DNA of 64,000 nucleotides from Eledone cirrhosa (taxonomy: Eukaryota), in the NCBI GenBank assembly GCA_964016885.1, contig OZ024743.1:24800001-24864000 (forward strand), in the 5' to 3' direction. Under the pieces are notes generated by a model. That model saw only the letters and a list, made by a program, of their open reading frames with translations. It searched no databases and was not told where the DNA came from. Positions 38,601 to 50,800 of the stretch are shown here, piece by piece; within the stretch, counting starts at the first letter, position 1, and the number at the start of each line of letters is the position of its first letter. Both the position numbers and the translations under genes were made by a program.

Positions 38601-38870
38601 AGTCATCCCAACCTTGTTTGCTGTAGTTAACTGTTCTGACAGTTGGTTCTGTCCCTCCTCAGTCATCCCAACCTTGTTTGCTGTAGTTAACTGTGCTGAC
38701 AGTTGGTTCTGTCCCTCCTCAGTCATCCCAACCTTGTTTGCTGTAGTTAACTGTGCTGACAGCTGGTTCTGTCCCTCCTCAGTCATCCCAACCATGTTTG
38801 CTGTAGTTAACAGTGCTGACAGTTGGTTCTATCCCTCCTCAGTCATCCCACCTTGTTTGCTGTAGTTAAC
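26635..38870. repeat. Array domain III: beta-rich cassettes, each ending in a type B monomer
   Basis: Five beta blocks at about 26635-28734, 29935-31973, 33054-34852, 35393-36771 and 37012-38870, separated by a shared alpha segment of variable length. Confidence 0.8.
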
Positions 38871-41800
38871 AGTGCTGACAGTTGGTTCTGTCCCTCCTCA
38901 GTCATCCCAACCTTGTTTGCTGTAGTTAACTGTGCTGACAGTTGGTTCTGTCCCTCCTCAGTCATCCCAACCTTGTTTGCTGTAGTTAACTGTGCTGACA
39001 GTTGGTTCTGTCCCTCCTCTGTCATCCCAACCTTGTTTGCTGTAGTTAACAGTGCTGACAGTTGGTTCTGTCCCTCCTCAGTCATCTCCACCTTGTTTGC
39101 TGTAGTTAACTGTGCTGACAGTTGGTTCTGTCCCTCCTCAGTCATCTCAACCTTGTTTGCTGTAGTTAACAGTGCTGACAGTTGGTTCTGTCCCACCTCA
39201 GTCATCCCAACCTTGTTTGCTGTAGTTAACTGTGCTGACAGTTGGTTCTGTCCCTCCTCGGTCATCTCAACCTTGTTTGCTGTAGTTAACAGTGCTGACA
39301 GTTGGTTCTGTCCCTCCTCAGTCATCTCAACCTTGTTTGCTGTAGTTAACTGTGCGGACAGTTGGTTCTGTCCCTCCTCAGTCATGCCAACCTTGTTTGC
39401 TGTATTTAACAGTGCTGACAGTTGGTTCTGTCCCTCCTCAGTCATCCCAACCTTGTTTGCTGTAGTTAACAGTGCTGACAGTTGGTTCTGTCCCTCCTCA
39501 GTCATCCCAACCTTGTTTGCTTTAGTTAACTGTGCTGACAGTTGGTTCTGTCCCTCCTCAGTCATCTCAACCTTGTTTGCTGTAGTTAACTCTGCTGACA
39601 GTTGGTTCTGTCCCTCCTCAGTCATCCCAACCTTGTTTGCCGTAGTTAACAGTGCTGACAGTTGGTTCTGTCCCTCCTCAGTCATCCCAACCTTGTTTGC
39701 TGTAGTTAACAGTGCTGACAGTTGGTTCTGTCCCTCCTCAGTCATCCCAACCTTGTTTGCTGTAGTTAACTGTGCTGACAGTTGGTTCTGTCCCTCCTTA
39801 GTCATCCCAACCTTGTTTGCTGTAGTTTACTGTGCTGACAGTTGGTTCTGTCCCTCCTCAGTCATCTCAATCTTGTTTGCTGTAGTTAACTGGGCTGACA
39901 GTTGGTTCTGTCCCTCCTCAGTCATCTCAATCTTGTTTGCTGTAGTTAACTGGGCTGACAGTTGGTTCTGTCCCTCCTCAGTCATCTCAACCTTGTTTGC
40001 TGTAGTTAACTGTGCTGACAGTTGGTTCTGTCCCTCCTCAGTCATCCAAACCTTGTTTGCTGAGTTAAATGTGCTGACAGTTGGTTCTGTCCCTCCTCAG
40101 TCATCTCAACCTTGTTTGCTGTACTTAACTGTGTTGACAGTTGGTTCTGTCCCTCCTCAGTCATCCCAACCTTGTTTGCTGTAGTTAACAGTGCTGACAG
40201 TTGGTTCTGTCCCTCCTCAGTCATCCCAACCTTGTTTGCTGTAGTTAACTGGGCTGACAGTTGGTTCTGTCCTTCCTCAGTCATCTCAACCTTGTTTGCT
40301 GTAGTTAACTGTGCTGACAGTTGGTTCTGTCCCTCCTCAGTCATCTCAACCTTGTTTGCTGTAGTTAACTGTGCTGACAGTTGGTTCTGTCCCTCCTCAG
40401 TCATCCCAACCTTGTTTGCTGTAGTTAACAGTGCTGACAGTTGGTTCTGTCCCTCCTCAGTCATACCAACCTTGTTTGCTGTAGTTAACAGTGCTGACAG
40501 TTGGTTCTGTCCCTCCTCAGTCATCTCAACCTTGTTTGCTGTAGTTAACAGTGCTGACAGTTGGTTCTGTCCCTCCTCAGTCATCCCAACCTTGTCTGCT
40601 GTAGTTAACAGTGCTGACAGTTGGTTCTGTCCCTCCTCAGTCATCCCAACCTTGTTTGCTGTAGTTAACTGTGCTGACAGTTGGTTCTGTCCCTCCTCAG
40701 TCATCTCAACCTTGTTTGCTGTAGCTAACTGTGCTGACAGTTGATTCTGTCCCTCCTCAGTCATCCCAACCTTGTTTGCTGTAGTTAACAGTGCTGACAG
40801 TTGGTTCTGTCCCTCCTCAGTCATCCCAACCTTGTTTGCTGTAGTTAACTGTGCTGACAGTTGGTTCTGTCCCTCCTCAGTCATCTCAATCTTGTTTGCT
40901 GTAGTTAACAGTGCTGACAGTTGGTTCTGTCCCTCCTCAGTCATCCCAACCTTGTTTGCTGTAGTTAACTGTGCTGACAGTTGGTTCTGTCCCTCCTCGG
41001 TCATCCCAACCTTGTTTGCTGTAGTTAACAGTGCTGACAGTTGGTTCTGTCCCTCCTCAGTCATCTCAACCTTGTTTGCTGTAGTTAACTGTGCTGACAG
41101 TTGGTTCTGTCCCTCCTCAGTCATCCCAACCTTGTTTGCTGTAGTTAACAGTGCTGACAGTTGGTTCTGTCCCTCCTCAGTCATCCCAACCTTGTCTGCT
41201 GTAGTTAACAGTGCTGACAGTTGGTTCTGTCCCTCCTCAGTCATCCCAACCTTGTTTGCTGTAGTCAACAGTGCTGACAGTTGGTTCTGTCCCTCCTCAG
41301 TCATCCCAACCTTGTTTGCTGTAGTTAACTGTGCTGACAGTTGGTTCTGTCCCTCCTTAGTCATCCCAACCTTGTTTGCTGTAGTTAACAGTGCTGACAG
41401 TTGGTTCTGTCCCTCCTCAGTCATCTCAACCTTGTTTGCTGTAGTTAACTGTGCTGACAGTTGGTTCTGTCCCTCCTCAGTCATCCCAACCTTGTTTGCT
41501 GTAGTTAACAGTGCTGACAGTTGGTTCTGTCCCTCCGCAGTCATCCCAACCTTGTTTGCTGTAGTTAGATGTGCTGACAGTTGGTTCTGTCCCTCCTCAG
41601 TCATCTCAACCTCCTTTGCTGTAGTTAACTGTGCTGACAGTTGGTTCTGTCCCTCCTCAGTCATCTCAACCTTGTTTGCTGTAGTTAACTGTGCTGACAG
41701 TTGGTTCTGTCCCTCCTCAGTCATCCCAACCTTGTTTGCTGTAGTTAAATGTGCTGACAGTTGGTTCTGTCCCTCCTCAGTCATCTCAACCTTGTTTGCT

Positions 41801-44800
41801 GTAGTTAACTGTGCTGACAGTTGGTTCTGTCCCTCCTCAGTCATCCCAACCTTGTTTGCTGTAGTTAACAGTGCTGACAGTTGGTTCTGTCCCTCCTCAG
41901 TCATCCCAACCTTGTTTGCTGTAGTTAACTGTGCTGACAGTTGGTTCTGTCCCTCCTCAGTCATCTCAACCTTGTTTGCTGTAGTTAACTGTGCTGACAG
42001 TTGGTTCTGTCCCTCCTCAGTCATCCCAACCTTGTTTGCTGTAGTTAACAGTGCTGACAGTTGGTTCTGTCCCTCCTCAGTCATCCCAACCTTGTTTGCT
42101 GTAGTTAACTGTGCTGACATTTGGTTCTGTCCCTCCTCAGTCAGCCCAACCTTGTTTGCTGTAGTTAACAGTGCTGACAGTTGGTTCTGTCCATCCTCAG
42201 TCATCTCAACCTTGTTTGCTGTAGTTAACTGGGCTGACAGTTGGTTCTGTCCCTCCTCAGTCATCCCAACCTTGTTTGCTGTAGTTAACAGTGCTGACAG
42301 TTGGTTCTGTCCCTCCTCAGTCATCCCAACCTTGTTTGCTGTAGTTAACAGTGCTGACAGTTGGTTCTGTCCCTCCTCAGTCATCCCAACCTTGTTTGCT
42401 TTAGTTAACTGTGCTGACAGTTGGTTCTGTCCCTCCTCAGTCATCTCAACCTTGTTTGCTGTAGTTAACTCTGCTGACAGTTGGTTCTGTCCCTCCTCAG
42501 TCATCCCAACCTTGTTTGCCGTAGTTAACAGTGCTGACAGTTGGTTCTGTCCCTCCTCAGTCATCCTAACCTTGTTTGCTGTAGTTAACAGTGCTGACAG
42601 TTGGTTCTGTCCCTCCTCAGTCATCCCAACCTTGTTTGCTGTAGTTAACTGTGCTGACAGTTGGTTCTGTCCCTCCTTAGTCATCCCAACCTTGTTTGCT
42701 GTAGTTAACACTGCTGACAGTTGGTTCTGTCCCTCCTCAGTCATCCCTACCTTGTTTGCTGTAGTTTACTGTGCTGACAGTTGGTTCTGTCCCTCCTCAG
42801 TCATCTCAATCTTGTTTGCTGTAGTTAACTGGGCTGACAGTTGGTTCTGTCCCTCCTCAGTCATCTCAACCTCCTTTGCTGTAGTTAACTGTGCTGACAG
42901 TTGGTTCTGTGCCTCCTCAGTCATCTCAACCTTGTTTGCTGTAGTTAACTGTGCTGACAGTTGGTTCTGTCCCTCCTCAGTCATCCAAACCTTGTTTGCT
43001 GAGTTAAACGTGCTGACAGTTGGTTCTGTCCCTCCTCAGTCATCTCAACCTTGTTTGCTGTAGTTAACTGTGTTGACAGTTGGTTCTGTCCCTCCTCAGT
43101 CATCCCAACCTTGTTTGCTGTAGTTAACAGTGCTGACAGTTGGTTCTGTCCCTCCTCAGTCATCCCAACCTTGTTTGCTGTAGTTAACTGTGCTGACAGT
43201 TGGTTCTGTCCTTCCTCAGTCATCTCAACCTTGTTTGCTGTAGTTAACTGTGCTGACAGTTGGTTCTGTCCCTCCTCAGTCATCTCAACCTTGTTTGCTG
43301 TAGTTAACTGTGCTGACAGTTGGTTCTCTCCCTCCTCAGTCATCCCAACCTTGTTTGCTGTAGTTAACAGTGCTGACAGTTGGTTCTGTCCCTCCTCAGT
43401 CATACCAACCTTGTTTGCTGTAGTTAACAGTGCTGACAGTTGGTTCTGTCCCTCCTCAGTCATCTCAACCTTGTTTGCTGTAGTTAACTGTGCTGACAGT
43501 TGGTTCTGTCCCTCCTCAGTCATCCCAACCTTGTTTGCTGTAGTTAACTGTGCTGACAGTTGGTTCTGTCCCTCCTCAGTCATCTCAATCTTGTTTGCTG
43601 TAGTTAACAGTGCTGACAGTTGGTTCTGTCCCTCCTCAGTCATCCCAACCTTGTTTGCTGTAGTTAACTGTGCTGACAGTTGGTTTTGTCCCTCCTCGGT
43701 CATCCCAACCTTGTTTGCTGTAGTTAACAGTGCTGACAGTTGGTTCTGTCCCTCCTCAGTCATCTCAACCTTGTTTGCTGTAGTTAACTGTGCTGACAGT
43801 TGGTTCTGTCTTTCCTCAGTCATCCCAACCTTGTTTGCTGTAGTTAACAGTGCTGACAGTTGGTTCTGTCCCTCCTCAGTCATCCCAACCTTGTTTGCTG
43901 TAGTTAACAGTGCTGACAGTTGGTTCTGTCCCTCCTCAGTCATCCCAACCTTGTTTGCTGTAGTCAACAGTGCTGACAGTTGGTTCTGTCCCTCCTCAGT
44001 CATCCCAACCTTGTTTGCTGTAGTTAACTGTGCTGACAGTTGGTTCTGTCCCTCCTTAGTCATCCCAACCTTGTTTGCTGTAGTTAACAGTGCTGACAGT
44101 TGGTTCTGTCCCTCCTCAGTCATCTCAACCTTGTTTGCTGTAGTTAACTGTGCTGACAGTTGGTTCTGTCCCTCCTCAGTCATCCCAACCTTGTTTGCTG
44201 TAGTTAACAGTGCTGACAGTTGGTTCTGTCCCTCCTCAGTCATCCCAACCTTGTTTGCTGTAGTTAGCTGTGCTGACAGTTGGTTCTGTCACTCCTCAGT
44301 CATCTCAACCTCCTTTGCTGTAGTTAACTGTGCTGACAGTTGGTTCTGTCCCTCCTCAGTCATCTCAACCTTGTTTGCTGTAGTTAACTGTGCTGACAGT
44401 TGGTTCTGTACCTCCTCAGTCATCCCAACCTTGTTTGCTGTAGTTAAATGTGCTGACAGTTGGTTCTGTCCCTCCTCAGTCATCTCAACCTTGTTTGCTG
44501 TAGTTAACAGTGCTGACAGTTGGTTCTGTCCCTCCTCAGTCATCTCAACCTCCTTTGCTGTAGTTAACTGTGCTGACAGTTGGTTCTGTCCCTCCTCAGT
44601 CATCCCAACCTTGTTTGCTGTAGTTAACAGTGCTGACAGTTGGTTCTGTCCCTCCTCAGTCATCCCAACCTTGTTTGCTGTAGTTAACTGTGCTGACAGT
44701 TGGTTCTGTCCCTCCTCAGTCATCTCAACCTTGTTTGCTGTAGTTAACTGTGCTGACAGTTGGTTCTGTCCCTCCTCAGTCATCCCAACCTTGTTTGCTG

Positions 44801-47800
44801 TAGTTAACAGTGCTGACAGTTGGTTCTGTCCCTCCTCAGTCATCCCAACCTTGTTTGCTGTAGTTAACTGTGCTGACAGTTGGTTCTGTCCCTCCTCAGT
44901 CATCTCAACCTTGTTTGCTGTAGTTAACTGTGCTGACAGTTGGTTCTGTCCCTCCTCAGTCATCCCAACCTTGTTTGCTGTAGTTAACAGTGCTGACAGT
45001 TGGTTCTGTCCCTCCTCAGTCATCCCAACCTTGTTTGCTGTAGTTAGCTGTGCTGACAGTTGGTTCTGTCACTCCTCAGTCATCTCAACCTCCTTTGCTG
45101 TAGTTAACTGTGCTGACAGTTGGTTCTGTCCCTCCTCAGTCATCTCAACCTTGTTTGCTGTAGTTAACTGTGCTGACAGTTGGTTCTGTCCCTCCTCAGT
45201 CATCCAAACCTTGTTTGCTGAGTTAAACGTGCTGACAGTTGGTTCTGTCCCTCCTCAGTCATCTCAACCTTGTTTGCTGTAGTTAACTGTGTTGACAGTT
45301 GGTTCTGTCCCTCCTCAGTCATCCCAACCTTGTTTGCTGTAGTTAACAGTGCTGACAGTTGGTTCTGTCCCTCCTCAGTCATCCCAACCTTGTTTGCTGT
45401 AGTTAACTGTGCTGACAGTTGGTTCTGTCCTTCCTCAGTCATCTCAACCTTGTTTGCTGTAGTTAACTGTGCTGACAGTTGGTTCTGTCCCTCCTCAGTC
45501 ATCTCAACCTTGTTTGCTGTAGTTAACTGTGCTGACAGTTGGTTCTCTCCCTCCTCAGTCATCCCAACCTTGTTTGCTGTAGTTAACAGTGCTGACAGTT
45601 GGTTCTGTCCCTCCTCAGTCATACCAACCTTGTTTGCTGTAGTTAACAGTGCTGACAGTTGGTTCTGTCCCTCCTCAGTCATCTCAACCTTGTTTGCTGT
45701 AGTTAACTGTGCTGACAGTTGGTTCTGTCCCTCCTCAGTCATCCCAACCTTGTTTGCTGTAGTTAACTGTGCTGACAGTTGGTTCTGTCCCTCCTCAGTC
45801 ATCTCAATCTTGTTTGCTGTAGTTAACAGTGCTGACAGTTGGTTCTGTCCCTCCTCAGTCATCCCAACCTTGTTTGCTGTAGTTAACTGTGCTGACAGTT
45901 GGTTTTGTCCCTCCTCGGTCATCCCAACCTTGTTTGCTGTAGTTAACAGTGCTGACAGTTGGTTCTGTCCCTCCTCAGTCATCTCAACCTTGTTTGCTGT
46001 AGTTAACTGTGCTGACAGTTGGTTCTGTCTTTCCTCAGTCATCCCAACCTTGTTTGCTGTAGTTAACAGTGCTGACAGTTGGTTCTGTCCCTCCTCAGTC
46101 ATCCCAACCTTGTTTGCTGTAGTTAACAGTGCTGACAGTTTGTTCTGTCCCTCCTCAGTCATCCCAACCTTGTTTGCTGTAGTTAACAGTGCTGACAGTT
46201 GGTTCTGTCCCTCCTCAGTCATCCCAACCTTGTTTGCTGTAGTTAGCTGTGCTGACAGTTGGTTCTGTCACTCCTCAGTCATCTCAACCTCCTTTGCTGT
46301 AGTTAACTGTGCTGACAGTTGGTTCTGTCCCTCCTCAGTCATCTCAACCTTGTTTGCTGTAGTTAACTGTGCTGACAGTTGGTTCTGTCCCTCCTCAGTC
46401 ATCCAAACCTTGTTTGCTGAGTTAAACGTGCTGACAGTTGGTTCTGTCCCTCCTCAGTCATCTCAACCTTGTTTGCTGTAGTTAACTGTGTTGACAGTTG
46501 GTTCTGTCCCTCCTCAGTCATCCCAACCTTGTTTGCTGTAGTTAACAGTGCTGACAGTTGGTTCTGTCCCTCCTCAGTCATCCCAACCTTGTTTGCTGTA
46601 GTTAACTGTGCTGACAGTTGGTTCTGTCCTTCCTCAGTCATCTCAACCTTGTTTGCTGTAGTTAACTGTGCTGACAGTTGGTTCTGTCCCTCCTCAGTCA
46701 TCTCAACCTTGTTTGCTGTAGTTAACTGTGCTGACAGTTGGTTCTCTCCCTCCTCAGTCATCCCAACCTTGTTTGCTGTAGTTAACAGTGCTGACAGTTG
46801 GTTCTGTCCCTCCTCAGTCATACCAACCTTGTTTGCTGTAGTTAACAGTGCTGACAGTTGGTTCTGTCCCTCCTCAGTCATCTCAACCTTGTTTGCTGTA
46901 GTTAACTGTGCTGACAGTTGGTTCTGTCCCTCCTCAGTCATCCCAACTTTGTTTGCTGTAGTTAACTGTGCTGACAGTTGGTTCTGTCCCTCCTCAGTCA
47001 TCTCAATCTTGTTTGCTGTAGTTAACAGTGCTGACAGTTGGTTCTGTCCCTCCTCAGTCATCCCAACCTTGTTTGCTGTAGTTAACTGTGCTGACAGTTG
47101 GTTTTGTCCCTCCTCGGTCATCCCAACCTTGTTTGCTGTAGTTAACAGTGCTGACAGTTGGTTCTGTCCCTCCTCAGTCATCTCAACCTTGTTTGCTGTA
47201 GTTAACTGTGCTGACAGTTGGTTCTGTCTTTCCTCAGTCATCCCAACCTTGTTTGCTGTAGTTAACAGTGCTGACAGTTGGTTCTGTCCCTCCTCAGTCA
47301 TCCCAACCTTGTTTGCTGTAGTTAACAGTGCTGACAGTTGGTTCTGTCCCTCCTCAGTCATCCCAACCTTGTTTGCTGTAGTCAACAGTGCTGACAGTTG
47401 GTTCTGTCCCTCCTCAGTCATCCCAACCTTGTTTGCTGTAGTTAACTGTGCTGACAGTTGGTTCTGTCCCTCCTTAGTCATCCCAACCTTGTTTGCTGTA
47501 GTTAACAGTGCTGACAGTTGGTTCTGTCCCTCCTCAGTCATCTCAACCTTGTTTGCTGTAGTTAACTGTGCTGACAGTTGGTTCTGTCCCTCCTCAGTCA
47601 TCCCAACCTTGTTTGCTGTAGTTAACAGTGCTGACAGTTGGTTCTGTCCCTCCTCAGTCATCCCAACCTTGTTTGCTGTAGTTAGCTGTGCTGACAGTTG
47701 GTTCTGTCACTCCTCAGTCATCTCAACCTCCTTTGCTGTAGTTAACTGTGCTGACAGTTGGTTCTGTCCCTCCTCAGTCATCTCAACCTTGTTTGCTGTA

Positions 47801-50800
47801 GTTAACGGTGCTGACAGTTGGTTCTGTCCCTCCTCAGTCATCCCAACCTTGTTTGCTGTAGTTAACTGTGCTGACAGTTGGTTCTGTCCCTCCTCAGTCA
47901 TCTCAACCTTGTTTGCTGTAGTTAACTGTGCTGACAGTTGGTTCTGTCCCTCCTCAGTCATCCCAACCTTGTTTGCTGTAGTTAACAGTGCTGACAGTTG
48001 GTTCTGTCCCTCCTCAGTCATCCCAACCTTGTTTGCTGTAGTTAACTGTGCTGACAGTTGGTTCTGTCCCTCCTCAGTCATCCCAACCTTGTTTGCTGTA
48101 GTTAACTGTGCTGACAGTTGGTTCTGTCCCTCCTCAGTCATCCCAACCTTGTTTGCTGTAGTTAACTGTGCTGACAGTTGGTTCTGTCCCTCCTCAGTCA
48201 TCCCAACCTTGTTTGCTGTAGTTAACTGTGCTGACAGTTGGTTCTGTCCCTCCTCAGTCATCCCAACCTTGTTTGCTGTAGTTAACTGTGCTGACAGTTG
48301 GTTCTGTCCCTCCTCAGTCATCCCAACCTTGTTTGCTGTAGTTAACTGTGCTGACAGTTGGTTCTGTCCCTCCTCAGTCATCTCAACCTCCTTTGCTGTA
48401 GTTAACTGTGCTGACAGTTGGTTCTGTCCCTCCTCAGTCATCCCAACCTTGTTTGCTGTAGTTAACAGTGCTGACAGTTGGTTCTGTCCCTCCTCAGTCA
48501 TCTCAACCTCCTTTGCTGTAGTTAACTGTGCTGACAGTTGGTTCTGTCCCTCCTCAGTCATCCCAACCTTGTTTGCTGTAGTTAACTGTGCTGACAGTTG
48601 GTTCTGTCCCTCCTCAGTCATCTCAACCTTGTTTGCTGTAGTTAACTGTGCTGACAGTTGGTTCTGTCCCTCCTCAGTCATCCCAACCTTGTTTGCTGTA
48701 GTTAAATGTGCTGACAGTTGGTTCTGTCCCTCCTCAGTCATCTCAACCTTGTTTGCTGTAGTTAACAGTGCTGACAGTTGGTTCTGTCCCTCCTCAGTCA
48801 TCTCAACCTCCTTTGCTGTAGTTAACTGTGCTGACAGTTGGTTCTGTCCCTCCTCAGTCATCCCAACCTTGTTTGCTGTAGTTAACAGTGCTGACAGTTG
48901 GTTCTGTCCCTCCTCAGTCATCCCAACCTTGTTTGCTGTAGTTAACTGTGCTGACAGTTGGTTCTGTCCCTCCTCAGTCATCTCAACCTTGTTTGCTGTA
49001 GTTAACTGTGCTGACAGTTGGTTCTGTCCCTCCTCAGTCATCCCAACCTTGTTTGCTGTAGTTAACAGTGCTGACAGTTGGTTCTGTCCCTCCTCAGTCA
49101 TCCCAACCTTGTTTGCTGTAGTTAACTGTGCTGACAGTTGGTTCTGTCCCTCCTCAGTCATCTCAACCTTGTTTGCTGTAGTTAACTGTGCTGAAAGTTG
49201 GTTCTGTCCCTCCTCAGTCATCCCAACCTTGTTTGCTGTAGTCAACAGTGCTGACAGTTGGTTCTGTCCCTCCTCAGTCATCCCAACCTTGTTTGCTGTA
49301 GTTAACTGTGCTGACAGTTGGTTCTGTCCCTCCTTAGTCATCCCAACCTTGTTTGCTGTAGTTAACAGTGCTGACAGTTGGTTCTGTCCCTCCTCAGTCA
49401 TCTCAACCTTGTTTGCTGTAGTTAACTGTGCTGACAGTTGGTTCTGTCCCTCCTCAGTCATCCCAACCTTGTTTGCTGTAGTTAACAGTGCTGACAGTTG
49501 GTTCTGTCCCTCCTCAGTCTTCCCAACCTTGTTTGCTGTAGTTAGCTGTGCTGACAGTTGGTTCTGTCACTCCTCAGTCATCTCAACCTCCTTTGCTGTA
49601 GTTAACTGTGCTGACAGTTGGTTCTGTCCCTCCTCAGTCATCTCAACCTTGTTTGCTGTAGTTAACTGTGCTGACAGTTGGTTCTGTCCCTCCTCAGTCA
49701 TCCCAACCTTGTTTGCTGTAGTTAAATGTGCTGACAGTTGGTTCTGTCCCTCCTCAGTCATCTCAACCTTGTTTGCTGTAGTTAACTGTGCTGACAGTTG
49801 GTTCTGTCCCTCCTCAGTCATCCCAACCTTGTTTGCTGTAGTTAAATGTGCTGACAGTTGGTTCTGTCCCTCCTCAGTCATCTCAACCTCCTTTGCTGTA
49901 GTTAACAGTGCTGACAGTTGGTTCTGTCCCTCCTCAGTCATCTCAACCTCCTTTGCTGTAGTTAACTGTGCTGACAGTTGGTTCTGTCCCTCCTCAGTCA
50001 TCCCAACCTTGTTTGCTGTAGTTAACAGTGCTGACAGTTGGTTCTGTCCCTCCTCAGTCATCCCAACCTTGTTTGCTGTAGTTAACTGTGCTGACAGTTG
50101 GTTCTGTCCCTCCTCAGTCATCTCAACCTTGTTTGCTGTAGTTAACTGTGCTGACAGTTGGTTCTGTCCCTCCTCAGTCATCCCAACCTTGTTTGCTGTA
50201 GTTAACAGTGCTGACAGTTGGTTCTGTCCCTCCTCAGTCATCCCAACCTTGTTTGCTGTAGTTAACAGTGCTGACAGTTGGTTCTGTCCCTCCTCAGTCA
50301 TCCCAACCTTGTTTGCTGTAGTTAACTGTGCTGACAGTTGGTTCTGTCCCTCCTCAGTCATCTCAACCTTGTTTGCTGTAGTTAACTGTGCTGACAGTTG
50401 GTTCTGTCCCTCCTCAGTCATCCCAACCTTGTTTGCTGTAGTTAACAGTGCTGACAGTTGGTTCTGTCCCTCCTCAGTCATCCCAACCTTGTTTGCTGTA
50501 GTTAGCTGTGCTGACAGTTGGTTCTGTCACTCCTCAGTCATCTCAACCTCCTTTGCTGTAGTTAACTGTGCTGACAGTTGGTTCTGTCCCTCCTCAGTCA
50601 TCTCAACCTTGTTTGATGTAGTTAACTGTGCTGACAGTTGGTTCTGTCCCTCCTCAGTCATCCCAACCTTGTTTGCTGTAGTTAAATGTGCTGACAGTTG
50701 GTTCTGTCCCTCCTCAGTCATCTCAACCTTGTTTGCTGTAGTTAACAGTGCTGACAGTTGGTTCTGTCCCTCCTCAATCATCTCAACCTCCTTTGCTGTA

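Larger units (their letters stand above)
7260..38870. repeat. Type B 59-bp variant monomer (TTCTATCCC...ATCCCACC), 7 dispersed copies
   Basis: Linked G20A and loss of one A at 39/40. Monomers start at 7260, 12058, 28676, 31915, 34794, 36713 and 38812. Each is followed three monomers later by an A30T (TCCTCTGTC) monomer. Confidence 0.95.
4741..46426. repeat. Type A 59-bp variant monomer (CATCCAAACC...GCTGAGTTAAA), 11 dispersed copies
   Basis: Linked C38A, T53 deletion and C60A. Monomers start at 4741, 8399, 13197, 16077, 19196, 21596, 23516, 40011, 42950, 45169 and 46368. Each is followed two monomers later by a C5T (TGTGTTGAC) monomer. The last three read AAACGTG. Confidence 0.95.

Noticed and set aside
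4772-46481. Programmed frameshifting or phase variation joining the ORFs
   Set aside because: The indels are not in long homopolymer or slippery tracts and are copies of three ancestral events. The odd ORF termini (for example TQQTRFG and QSSQPCLL) are just other frames of the monomer.
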